From Candidatus Avigastranaerophilus sp. (GTDB lineage: Bacteria; Muiribacteriota; Ozemobacteria; Ozemobacterales; Ozemobacteraceae): 64,000 bases of DNA. The stretch spans positions 15,735-79,734 of the forward strand of contig JAZRWI010000080.1 of NCBI GenBank assembly GCA_045599645.1, in the 5' to 3' direction. The position numbers were made by a program, and so were the translations under genes. This document shows, piece by piece, positions 56,601 through 64,000 of the stretch. How positions within the stretch are numbered: the stretch's first letter is position 1; each line of letters starts with the position of its first letter. Under the pieces are notes generated by a model that did no database searches, had not been told where the DNA came from, and saw nothing but the letters and a program-made list of their open reading frames with translations.

Positions 56601-57071
56601 ATGACAATTAGATTAGCATTAGACAAGGATTTACCAGAAATTAAAAACCTGCTGTTCCAGGTAAACAACGTTCACGCCAAAGGTAGGCCTGATATTTTTA
56701 TTAAGGATGCTAGAAAATATAAAGACGAAGAAATACTAGCTCAGCTTCACGACGACACCAAAATTATATTTGCTTATACCAATGAAGATGACAGATTGAT
56801 TGGATATGCGTTCTGCCAGATTCAACCTCATGAAGGCATTACCAATATGCATGCAATAAAAACTCTCTATATAGACGACTTATGCGTAGATGAAAATCAT
56901 CGTCGCCAGCATATTGGACAAAGCCTGCTTAAACACGTAGAAAACTGGGCCAAAACCAATAATTTCTATAATATTTCCCTGAACGTCTGGGAATGTAACT
57001 CAAGTGCCAAAGCCTTTTATGAAAAAATGAACCTGCAAATCCAAAAGACCACTCTTGAAAAGCTGTTGTAA
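56601..57071 (+). CDS. GNAT-family N-acetyltransferase
   Basis: 156 aa. Acetyl-CoA-binding motif region LCVDENHRRQHIGQSLL. Preceded by an extended -10 TGTTATAAT. Confidence 0.75.
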   Translation: MTIRLALDKDLPEIKNLLFQVNNVHAKGRPDIFIKDARKYKDEEILAQLHDDTKIIFAYTNEDDRLIGYAFCQIQPHEGITNMHAIKTLYIDDLCVDENHRRQHIGQSLLKHVENWAKTNNFYNISLNVWECNSSAKAFYEKMNLQIQKTTLEKLL

Positions 57072-57146
57072 CTATATCAACGACAACGTAATACGGAATG
57101 TAACTATGGAATCAACAGAATTTCTTCAATAAAAGGCTTAAAGCTC

Positions 57147-58334
57147 TTATCTCTGATCTGCAAATGGGTCGTAAATAGCACTAACACGTCTTACATTTCC
57201 GTAAGGCTTATACTGAGGCTGTAAACATCTGCCACCAGACATAGTGCTAGCCATTTTTTCTGTAGTTACAAACTTGCCATCGTGCAAGCAGTCACACCAC
57301 ATTGGAACGCCATTCTGCAAACCAGCATACATAAACCAGTGATGAGCATTAGTGCTTGGATTATAAGCCGGGTCTTTGTCATAAGCGACTTTTACGTGAA
57401 CAAGCTGGCCTGGAAGAATCTTACCCTGTAAAGCAGGCTTCTTAAGATCTTTAATCAAGTAACCTCTGAAGGTCTTCATTGGCTTGTAGCAGTTGTGAGG
57501 ATAAATACAATCTGACTGTTTAACCTTAGCACCAGCATAGTAAGCAACAGTGCCGATATACTGCAAGCACTTATCGTTAGTGGTAAACCATTTGGTTTTC
57601 TTGGCCTTAGGTATAGCATTCTTTATGCAATCAGGAATATCCGGGCCATTTATAGCTGCGCCAGAAAGATTGCTGTTATCGTTTTCGTAATCTTCGCTGT
57701 CGTCATCTGCTTCTGCAACTTCTGTATCAGTAGAGCCAAGTATAGATGCCTTAGTGGCTATCTTAGAATTGGTGTTCTTACCGAAATTATTTTTTGCAGC
57801 CAGTTCGCAGGAAATAACGTATTCGTCGCTATATGGATATTCATGAATACCGTCATAAGCTGGAGCATACTTTGTATCAACAAGTGAATAATGCAAATAT
57901 GCAAAGCCACCATTGCCATTGTATTCAATCTTATACCAGTCGCCTTCTTTGGCAACGATTGTAACCTTTGTGCCAGTCTTATAGGTTGTCATTATTGTGC
58001 CCCATGGGGATTTTCTGACGTTCTGGCCATATTTCACATTACAACTGCCTTCACATGGGTAGAGAGACTGATCATTAAGATTAATATCTTTATAATAGCA
58101 GGTTTCAATATTATAAGTGGTATCTGGTTTTACAGTATTAACTGTTTCATCTTCTTTAACGCTTACTGCAGCCTCAGATTTACCTTCTGTTGCCTGAAAT
58201 TCAGTAGACAACAAAACAGCTGGAGACATTGAAACACCATCCTCAAACGGATTAGCTTCAGCACAAATATTGGTATTTGAGAGAATACAATAAAGCATTG
58301 CTCCCAAAGCAGCAGCCTTACTATAAAACTTCAT
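57147..58334 (-). CDS. Secreted protein with SH3b-like domain and Cys/His-containing C-terminal domain (possible cell-wall hydrolase)
   Basis: Signal peptide, an SH3b-like segment (KVTIVAKEGDWYKIEYNG), an acidic linker, and a C-terminal domain with conserved-looking Cys (KCLQYIGTVAYYAG) and His (HHWFMYAG). Confidence 0.35.
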   Translation of the reverse strand: MKFYSKAAALGAMLYCILSNTNICAEANPFEDGVSMSPAVLLSTEFQATEGKSEAAVSVKEDETVNTVKPDTTYNIETCYYKDINLNDQSLYPCEGSCNVKYGQNVRKSPWGTIMTTYKTGTKVTIVAKEGDWYKIEYNGNGGFAYLHYSLVDTKYAPAYDGIHEYPYSDEYVISCELAAKNNFGKNTNSKIATKASILGSTDTEVAEADDDSEDYENDNSNLSGAAINGPDIPDCIKNAIPKAKKTKWFTTNDKCLQYIGTVAYYAGAKVKQSDCIYPHNCYKPMKTFRGYLIKDLKKPALQGKILPGQLVHVKVAYDKDPAYNPSTNAHHWFMYAGLQNGVPMWCDCLHDGKFVTTEKMASTMSGGRCLQPQYKPYGNVRRVSAIYDPFADQR

Positions 58335-58472
58335 AAAAGCACCTCACATCAATATAGCTATGTACATTATACCAATATTTTTCTTAATAGTTTAAGAATT
58401 TTTAACGCAAATATGAGTAAAAATTAAATTAATTTGTCCATCAGGCCGATAACTTAACTGAAAAATAATATT

Positions 58473-61400
58473 ATGAAAAAGCAAATCATACAGGCAACAA
58501 TCCTATCCTTAATGTTATCTGCTCCGCTTATGCAAGCTGGTGCGGCTTCTGTTGATTCTCTTTATGCAGACTCAATCGCCCGTAATCTTGCACAAATGGA
58601 AGAATTCTACCGTCAAGGCAGATGGGATGATGCGATGCATCTTGGTCGCGGTATTCTCAAGGACGCTCCGAAAGATTCCAAAGAAGCAAGCAGAGCTCAG
58701 GATTTGATTGTTCTCTCTATAGATGGCAAAAATCAGGAAATGCTGGCTAATGCAGCCAGAGAACGCAAACGTCAACAGGAAGACAGCGCTGCAGGTTATG
58801 TAACCGAAGGCAATGCACTTCTCGCTCAGAATAATTATTCTGGTGCTGCAGACAAATTTTCCAAGGCTCTCAAGAATAATGGTGGCGACGCTCAAACCTG
58901 GTTCCTTTCTGGTTATGCCTCTTTGAAGGCAGGTCGCAGAAAAGAAGCCTATAATGCTTTAAAAAAGTGCCTAAGCTTAGACCCGAAGCATGAACGTGCG
59001 CTTTTTCATATTGCCGGCTTGAGCTACGAATTCAATCATAGCACAGAAGCTGAAGAATACTCCAAAAAGCTTATTGAAGTCATTGAAAAGAAGCTTGAAG
59101 AATACAAGCAGATTTTCTCTGGCCAAAAAACCAAAGGCTTAAATGACAAAGCCATGGCAACCACAAGAAAGATTACTGCGTTGCAGAACAATCTATCTCA
59201 GGCTTGCAGTATGCATGGTATTCTTGCCCAGAATCGCAAAGCCTATAAAGAAGCCTTGCCTTCATTAGACAAAGCAGCAAAATTGAATCCTGAGAATTCA
59301 GAAAACTGGTTCAGATTAGGGAACTGCTATCTAAGCCTTAAGGTTTATCATCAGGCCTCAGTAGCCCTTGAACAGGCTGTTCTCCTGAGAGAAAACAAGC
59401 TCAAGGAATGTTCTGATTCTGCTAACCAGCTACTAAAGGCCGGAAAGAGCGATGAAGCTGTAAGTGCGGAATTAGAAACCAGAAAGCTTAAGCAGGATAC
59501 TGCCCAGGCTCTTTACGCATTGGCCTTAACAAATGCTAAGGTAAACGACAATCGCACAGCATTAAAGAATATTGATGAAGCTTTAAGATTAAAGCCTGAC
59601 TTTATTCAGGCTAGATACAACAGAGCTTTGATTCTTGCCCAGAACAATGAACTGGATGATGCTCTTGATGAAATGCGTAAGGTTCTGAAGGACTGCCCAC
59701 CTAACAGCCAACAGGCTAAAAACGCTATTAAAACCATCAAAATCATGATGGATCAGATAGCAAGACGTGATTCACCAGTTGAATATGCTACAGCACAGAA
59801 GCCAAGCAAGATGGTCGAAGTTGATAAATACGTCAAGGATATGCATGGTCTCGGTGGAAAGTCCGCTGAAAACCAGCTTGAAGATGTTTTCCCAAGACTT
59901 CGTGAAATAGCCAAGCTCGTAAAACTTCGCAATTATGATGAAGCCATAAGAAGACTTATCTATCTTAGAAGCAGCCATCCTGAAATTGCTGACATTCATT
60001 CTATATTGGCCCAGTGCTACATGGAATTGAACCGTTTAAATGAAGCAGAAAAGAGCTTTGATCAGGCTTTGGCAATTCAGCCAAATCACGATGAAGCTCT
60101 TAATGGACTTGCATATATTTATGCAACTAGAGAAGAAAAGCTTGATGTTGCATTAAAGTATGCCAATAAAGCTGTTTCTTTAAACGAAACAAAAGCAGAA
60201 TTCCATCATACTCTTGGTTGGGTTCTTTTTAAATCAGGTGAAGTCCAGAATTCCATACCATCCTTCAAACGAGCCTTGGATTTGAATTCTGACTATCTCA
60301 TAGCCAGATATAATCTTGGTTTGGCTTATTATCTTACCAAAGATTATCGCCAAGCTCTCGAAGCTTTCAATTATGTATTGGAAATCAATCCAACTCATGA
60401 TAAAGCTTTGATGTTCAAGGCTATTGCTCTTGCCAAGACTAATAATGCCGAAGAAGCACTGGCTACTCTTGATAAGCTCAAGAAAAATACCATTGCAAAC
60501 TCTGCCCTGAACAAGGTTGTCAGCAATCTTCACACCAAAATAAGACTTGCTTATGACCGTCACACAGATCTTCCTGTTCCGGAAATCAAATCTCCAGCTC
60601 CTATTGAAAAGCTCATGGCTGAAGGTAATGAATTCCGCAAAAATGGTCTGGTTAACAGAGCTAAGGAAAAGTATCTTGAATGCCAGCGCTTAGCTCCTGA
60701 CCGCTATGAACCATACGAAGCCCTTGGGGAAATGTATGCAGAATCAGGTCTTAATATTCCAGCACTGTCTGCCTTTGAAAAAGCTTACAAGCTTAATCCT
60801 GATAATTACGAAATTACAATGAATATTGGTCGTATGCATCAGAAGCTTAATCGCCCGGAACATGCCAAGAGCTTCTTTGCCAGAGCTGAAGCTCTTAGAT
60901 ATGACGAAGCAGAACCGAAATATTATCTTGGTCTCATTGCTTATGAAACCAAGGACTTCGAAGGTGCTGAAAGCTATGCTCTTGATGCTATCCGCGTAAA
61001 TCCAAATTACCACAAGGCTATGGCTCTCTGTGGTATGGCCAGAATGAGACTTAACCGCCTCAAACCAGCTAGAGATATTTACGAAAGCCTCTACGCCAAA
61101 GCTCCCGCCAATTCTTCAATCAAACGTCATGCACGTCAGAAAATCTGGGAAATCACCAAAATGATGGCCCCTGCTCAGTATCCTTCTGTTGAAGACGCTA
61201 TGGATGTTAAAGAACAGCTTGTTAGAAAGGTCACTGACAGTGATACCTCTAAGATTGTTCCAGACACTAAGAATGCCAGCGCAATAGAAGAATACGGCAA
61301 AAATACCATGACTCCTGAAGACAAGATGTGGGTATTGCGCCAGCTTGACAAATTCGGTTCAGTAAAGACTCCTACACTTACTGCTCCTTTGAAGGCAAAC

Positions 61401-62207
61401 GTCAGCAACCAGACACTTACCAGTCAGGAAAAGAAATGGGTTGTTGATAAGCTTCAGAACTTCAATGAACATAGCAGCAAATATGCTTTGCCTGATGATC
61501 TGAAGGCCGGTAACAAGTATGCAATAAAAGCTACAGAAAAGAAGTCTGATAGACAACCAGACCAGGCAGATGCTGTCATTAGCTCTGGTCTTGCAAAAGC
61601 AGAAAAAGGCTTGATAGCACAGGCTCTTGAGGACTTCAGAAAAGCAGCTTCCATTTCCCCGACAAATACAGAAGCACTCGTAAATCTTGGATTTATGAAC
61701 ACTATGCAGGGGAACTTCAAGGACGCTTTCGATGCTTATGCAAAGCTTACAGTATCACATCCGGAAGAACCTCTTGGTCATCTTGGCCTCGGCAACCTTT
61801 ACTGGCTTGGTGGCCAGGCTGAAAAAGCTGTAGATCAGTGGAGTCTTATTAAGGGTGAATTCGAAGTTAACTCTACATACAACATTCTTGCCCTCAATGA
61901 AAGAGTATGGTCTAGAATGCTTGAAGTAGACCCGGTTGATACAGAAGCACACTCAAATCTTGGTCTTGTCTACATGTTCAATGGCCAATACAAAAAGGCT
62001 CTTGCCGAATTTCAGGCTGTTAATCAGCTCGAACAGGGTCACCCGGAACATCAGTTCTATCAGGCACAGATTTACGCTTTGCTCTATACTCAGAACAAAA
62101 CCAAGTCTCACAAAAAAGAAGCCCAGGATATTCTCGAAATCCTTGCTCAGGGTCCACAGCCCTTCCCACATAGCGAACGCTTGAAGAAGTATTTAGCCAA
62201 ATTATGA
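58473..62207 (+). CDS. Large secreted tetratricopeptide-repeat (TPR) protein, 1244 aa
   Basis: Signal peptide followed by >20 TPR-like 34-aa repeats (W-LG-Y-A-F-P patterning throughout). Confidence 0.7.
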   Translation: MKKQIIQATILSLMLSAPLMQAGAASVDSLYADSIARNLAQMEEFYRQGRWDDAMHLGRGILKDAPKDSKEASRAQDLIVLSIDGKNQEMLANAARERKRQQEDSAAGYVTEGNALLAQNNYSGAADKFSKALKNNGGDAQTWFLSGYASLKAGRRKEAYNALKKCLSLDPKHERALFHIAGLSYEFNHSTEAEEYSKKLIEVIEKKLEEYKQIFSGQKTKGLNDKAMATTRKITALQNNLSQACSMHGILAQNRKAYKEALPSLDKAAKLNPENSENWFRLGNCYLSLKVYHQASVALEQAVLLRENKLKECSDSANQLLKAGKSDEAVSAELETRKLKQDTAQALYALALTNAKVNDNRTALKNIDEALRLKPDFIQARYNRALILAQNNELDDALDEMRKVLKDCPPNSQQAKNAIKTIKIMMDQIARRDSPVEYATAQKPSKMVEVDKYVKDMHGLGGKSAENQLEDVFPRLREIAKLVKLRNYDEAIRRLIYLRSSHPEIADIHSILAQCYMELNRLNEAEKSFDQALAIQPNHDEALNGLAYIYATREEKLDVALKYANKAVSLNETKAEFHHTLGWVLFKSGEVQNSIPSFKRALDLNSDYLIARYNLGLAYYLTKDYRQALEAFNYVLEINPTHDKALMFKAIALAKTNNAEEALATLDKLKKNTIANSALNKVVSNLHTKIRLAYDRHTDLPVPEIKSPAPIEKLMAEGNEFRKNGLVNRAKEKYLECQRLAPDRYEPYEALGEMYAESGLNIPALSAFEKAYKLNPDNYEITMNIGRMHQKLNRPEHAKSFFARAEALRYDEAEPKYYLGLIAYETKDFEGAESYALDAIRVNPNYHKAMALCGMARMRLNRLKPARDIYESLYAKAPANSSIKRHARQKIWEITKMMAPAQYPSVEDAMDVKEQLVRKVTDSDTSKIVPDTKNASAIEEYGKNTMTPEDKMWVLRQLDKFGSVKTPTLTAPLKANVSNQTLTSQEKKWVVDKLQNFNEHSSKYALPDDLKAGNKYAIKATEKKSDRQPDQADAVISSGLAKAEKGLIAQALEDFRKAASISPTNTEALVNLGFMNTMQGNFKDAFDAYAKLTVSHPEEPLGHLGLGNLYWLGGQAEKAVDQWSLIKGEFEVNSTYNILALNERVWSRMLEVDPVDTEAHSNLGLVYMFNGQYKKALAEFQAVNQLEQGHPEHQFYQAQIYALLYTQNKTKSHKKEAQDILEILAQGPQPFPHSERLKKYLAKL

Positions 62208-63136
62208 AAATAAAGAATCTAATACTAGCAATAACACTAGCCCTGCTTGCAACAGCTACTGGGTCCAATGCTCAGTATCTAGATTACAACGACTACGAAA
62301 TATATTCTCAAGCGCAGACTAATCCCTATGCCTACAGTAAGGTTGGTCCGGAAAAGAAGTTATTTACACTCACCCCACGCAATGCAATCAATTCAAGCGG
62401 TCTTGGTGGCTTGTTTGTTGCTGAAACTGCGGAACAGCTCACAGCAAACCAGATGGTTCTCAGCACCAGATATAAATACCATGAAATCACTTCAACAAAG
62501 GGACAAGCCTTCTATTCCTCTGAAGAAGGCAGTGTTTCAAGCTTTGAAACCTCTATTACATGGCTCGGGAAATGGGCTGAATGGGCTATTACTGTTCCTA
62601 TACAAAAATGGGATTTAAGCGCCCCACGCACCTTCAGAACTCATTCGGATTCCAATAATGGTCTGGGGAACCTGAGTGTGGGCTTCAAATACACAGACCT
62701 TCCCGATCATAGCTATTACAGATTTGCCTGGGGTGCTGTATGCAGTGTTAATACCGGTAATTCTAACGATATGACACCCGCTGGCTCAAATGATGAAACA
62801 TCAACAAAAATTTTCGGCTGCTTTACTACCAAGGAAACAGATAAAGCCACAGCAAATCTTGAACTTGGTGCTTTATTGAATAAAGAAGACGAGGATTGGC
62901 TTGTCTACAACTTTGGTATCACCTACGAAGTTACTGATGTAGCTTCTTTCATAGGTGAATTAGCCGGCGAAGTTGCAGGCGGAGACGACAAAGACAATCT
63001 GGATATGGTTATTGGGCTCAGACTGGCCCCAACCAAGGATTTCACTGCAGAATTTGCCTATTACAGAAATCTTAGAACTTATCGCCAATACGGCTGGGAT
63101 AATCAATTTCAGATTGGTGGCACTTTTAAGTGGTAA
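62204..63136 (+). CDS. Putative outer-membrane beta-barrel protein
   Basis: Signal peptide, alternating amphipathic beta-strand pattern, C-terminal ...QIGGTFKW ending in an aromatic residue. 4-nt overlap with the TPR gene. Confidence 0.5.
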   Translation: MKIKNLILAITLALLATATGSNAQYLDYNDYEIYSQAQTNPYAYSKVGPEKKLFTLTPRNAINSSGLGGLFVAETAEQLTANQMVLSTRYKYHEITSTKGQAFYSSEEGSVSSFETSITWLGKWAEWAITVPIQKWDLSAPRTFRTHSDSNNGLGNLSVGFKYTDLPDHSYYRFAWGAVCSVNTGNSNDMTPAGSNDETSTKIFGCFTTKETDKATANLELGALLNKEDEDWLVYNFGITYEVTDVASFIGELAGEVAGGDDKDNLDMVIGLRLAPTKDFTAEFAYYRNLRTYRQYGWDNQFQIGGTFKW

Positions 63137-63142
63137 TAAAAA

Positions 63143-63895
63143 TTATCTGACTCTCTTAGAGAGTTCGTCTACCATATCCTTGGCAACAGCCTGTTCCTTT
63201 GAACCTGATGGAGCAGAATTCATAACCTTCTGATAGCGTGACAAAGCCATTTTGCCTGCTTCATTGTCACCCTTAAGCAAAAGCATGTCTGCATAAGCAT
63301 TTGCACTCTTCATCAAAAGTTCAATATTGTCTGGTTCTTTACTCAAACCAGCTTCAAGAACAGCTATAGCGTCTGTATGACGACTTTCCCTGCTCAATCT
63401 GTCAGCTTCCTGAATAATCTGTTCAATATCCATTCGCTTAAGAACATAATCACTTGGTCTTGCAACTTCTGCTTCTGCAATATTAGCTGAGGAAGATGCC
63501 GCAGCAGCTTCAGAAGCCTGCTGTGCTGCCAAAGCAGCTGCTGCTCTTTCTCTTTCTAAGGCAGCCATAGCTTCCTTTTCTTCTTCATAGCGTTCAACAA
63601 CACGCTTTGCTTCATCAATATACTGGCTTATAGAAGAAGCTTTTTCGCTGTCTTTATTGATTTCTAAGAAGTTCTTCAAATCTGCAACAGCCAGTTCAAG
63701 ATGACCAGAAATATAAATGAGTATGCCTCTGAAAAACATACCATTAGGCATTCTGTTAGGTCTGTCCTTCAAAAAAGTCAGCCCCTGTCTGATAATCCCG
63801 TTTTCGGGTTCAGAAAGCAATTCCCTTTCTGCAATAATTGAATTTACATACAATTCAATTGCAAGCTCTGTTTTACCAGCTTCAAGAGCATCCAT
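63143..63895 (-). CDS. TPR-repeat protein with Ala/Glu-rich coiled-coil segment (N-terminus may extend beyond listed start / window)
   Basis: TPR-like repeats. The reading frame stays open upstream of the listed Met toward the window edge. Confidence 0.45.
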   Translation of the reverse strand: MDALEAGKTELAIELYVNSIIAERELLSEPENGIIRQGLTFLKDRPNRMPNGMFFRGILIYISGHLELAVADLKNFLEINKDSEKASSISQYIDEAKRVVERYEEEKEAMAALERERAAAALAAQQASEAAAASSSANIAEAEVARPSDYVLKRMDIEQIIQEADRLSRESRHTDAIAVLEAGLSKEPDNIELLMKSANAYADMLLLKGDNEAGKMALSRYQKVMNSAPSGSKEQAVAKDMVDELSKRVR

Positions 63896-64000
63896 AGCCT
63901 GATTGAAAACAACAGCCGCCGGACCTTTACGGGTAGTTCTATGCTTTGTGGCTGTATTTTTCTTTTTGTCTTTTTCTTTCTGTAAACGTTCAGATACCTT

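Overview
This 64 kb window is gene-dense, low-GC (roughly 38-40% by eye) bacterial chromosomal DNA. I found no rRNA, tRNA, CRISPR array, IS element or prophage. The organism looks diderm: a C-terminal aromatic beta-barrel OMP and many lipobox lipoproteins, alongside Firmicute-like synteny (lspA...rluD; xerC/D immediately before a flgB-flgC-fliE-fliF-fliG-fliH-fliI-fliJ-ylxF-like flagellar operon). I cannot assign a taxon from sequence alone. Confident calls are the lipoprotein-maturation cluster (lspA plus two tandem divergent lgt, rluD), a GAF-domain class III adenylate cyclase, GIY-YIG, MATE, hflK/hflC, a xerC/D recombinase, the flagellar export/rotor operon, dapB, dut, two class-I aminotransferases, creatininase-family, aat, htpG, esterase, an AGCS symporter, PAP2 and GNAT. 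Things worth a second look: (i) a family of long intergenic direct repeats carrying a canonical G-quadruplex motif plus a perfect hairpin (2 copies at 36.9 kb; 5 tandem 65-66 bp copies at 38.9-39.2 kb, the first of which supplies the dut RBS); (ii) 7-bp and 8-bp microsatellites (19 and 10 copies) just upstream of two operons, candidate phase-variation or iteron tracts; (iii) a single minus-strand operon hflK-hflC-(fused, duplicated DUF1538-like membrane protein with a large soluble insert)-(tandem P-II-like domain protein)-MATE; (iv) a LuxE-like/LuxC-like fatty-acid-reductase-type gene pair in which the reductase carries a truncated PaaK-like tail; (v) a stand-alone FliG C-terminal-domain paralog between fliG and fliH, and an SLT-domain gene after fliJ whose expected catalytic Glu appears to be Ala; (vi) a membrane signalling/protease cluster (HAMP protein, clan-CD caspase-like protein, M50B-like protease) upstream of the cyclase; (vii) three tandem paralogous ~660-aa beta-helix lipoproteins; (viii) an active plus catalytically dead transglutaminase-like pair co-operonic with a Wzy_C-TPR membrane protein. 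All functional calls rest on motif-level recognition by eye. No database search was run.
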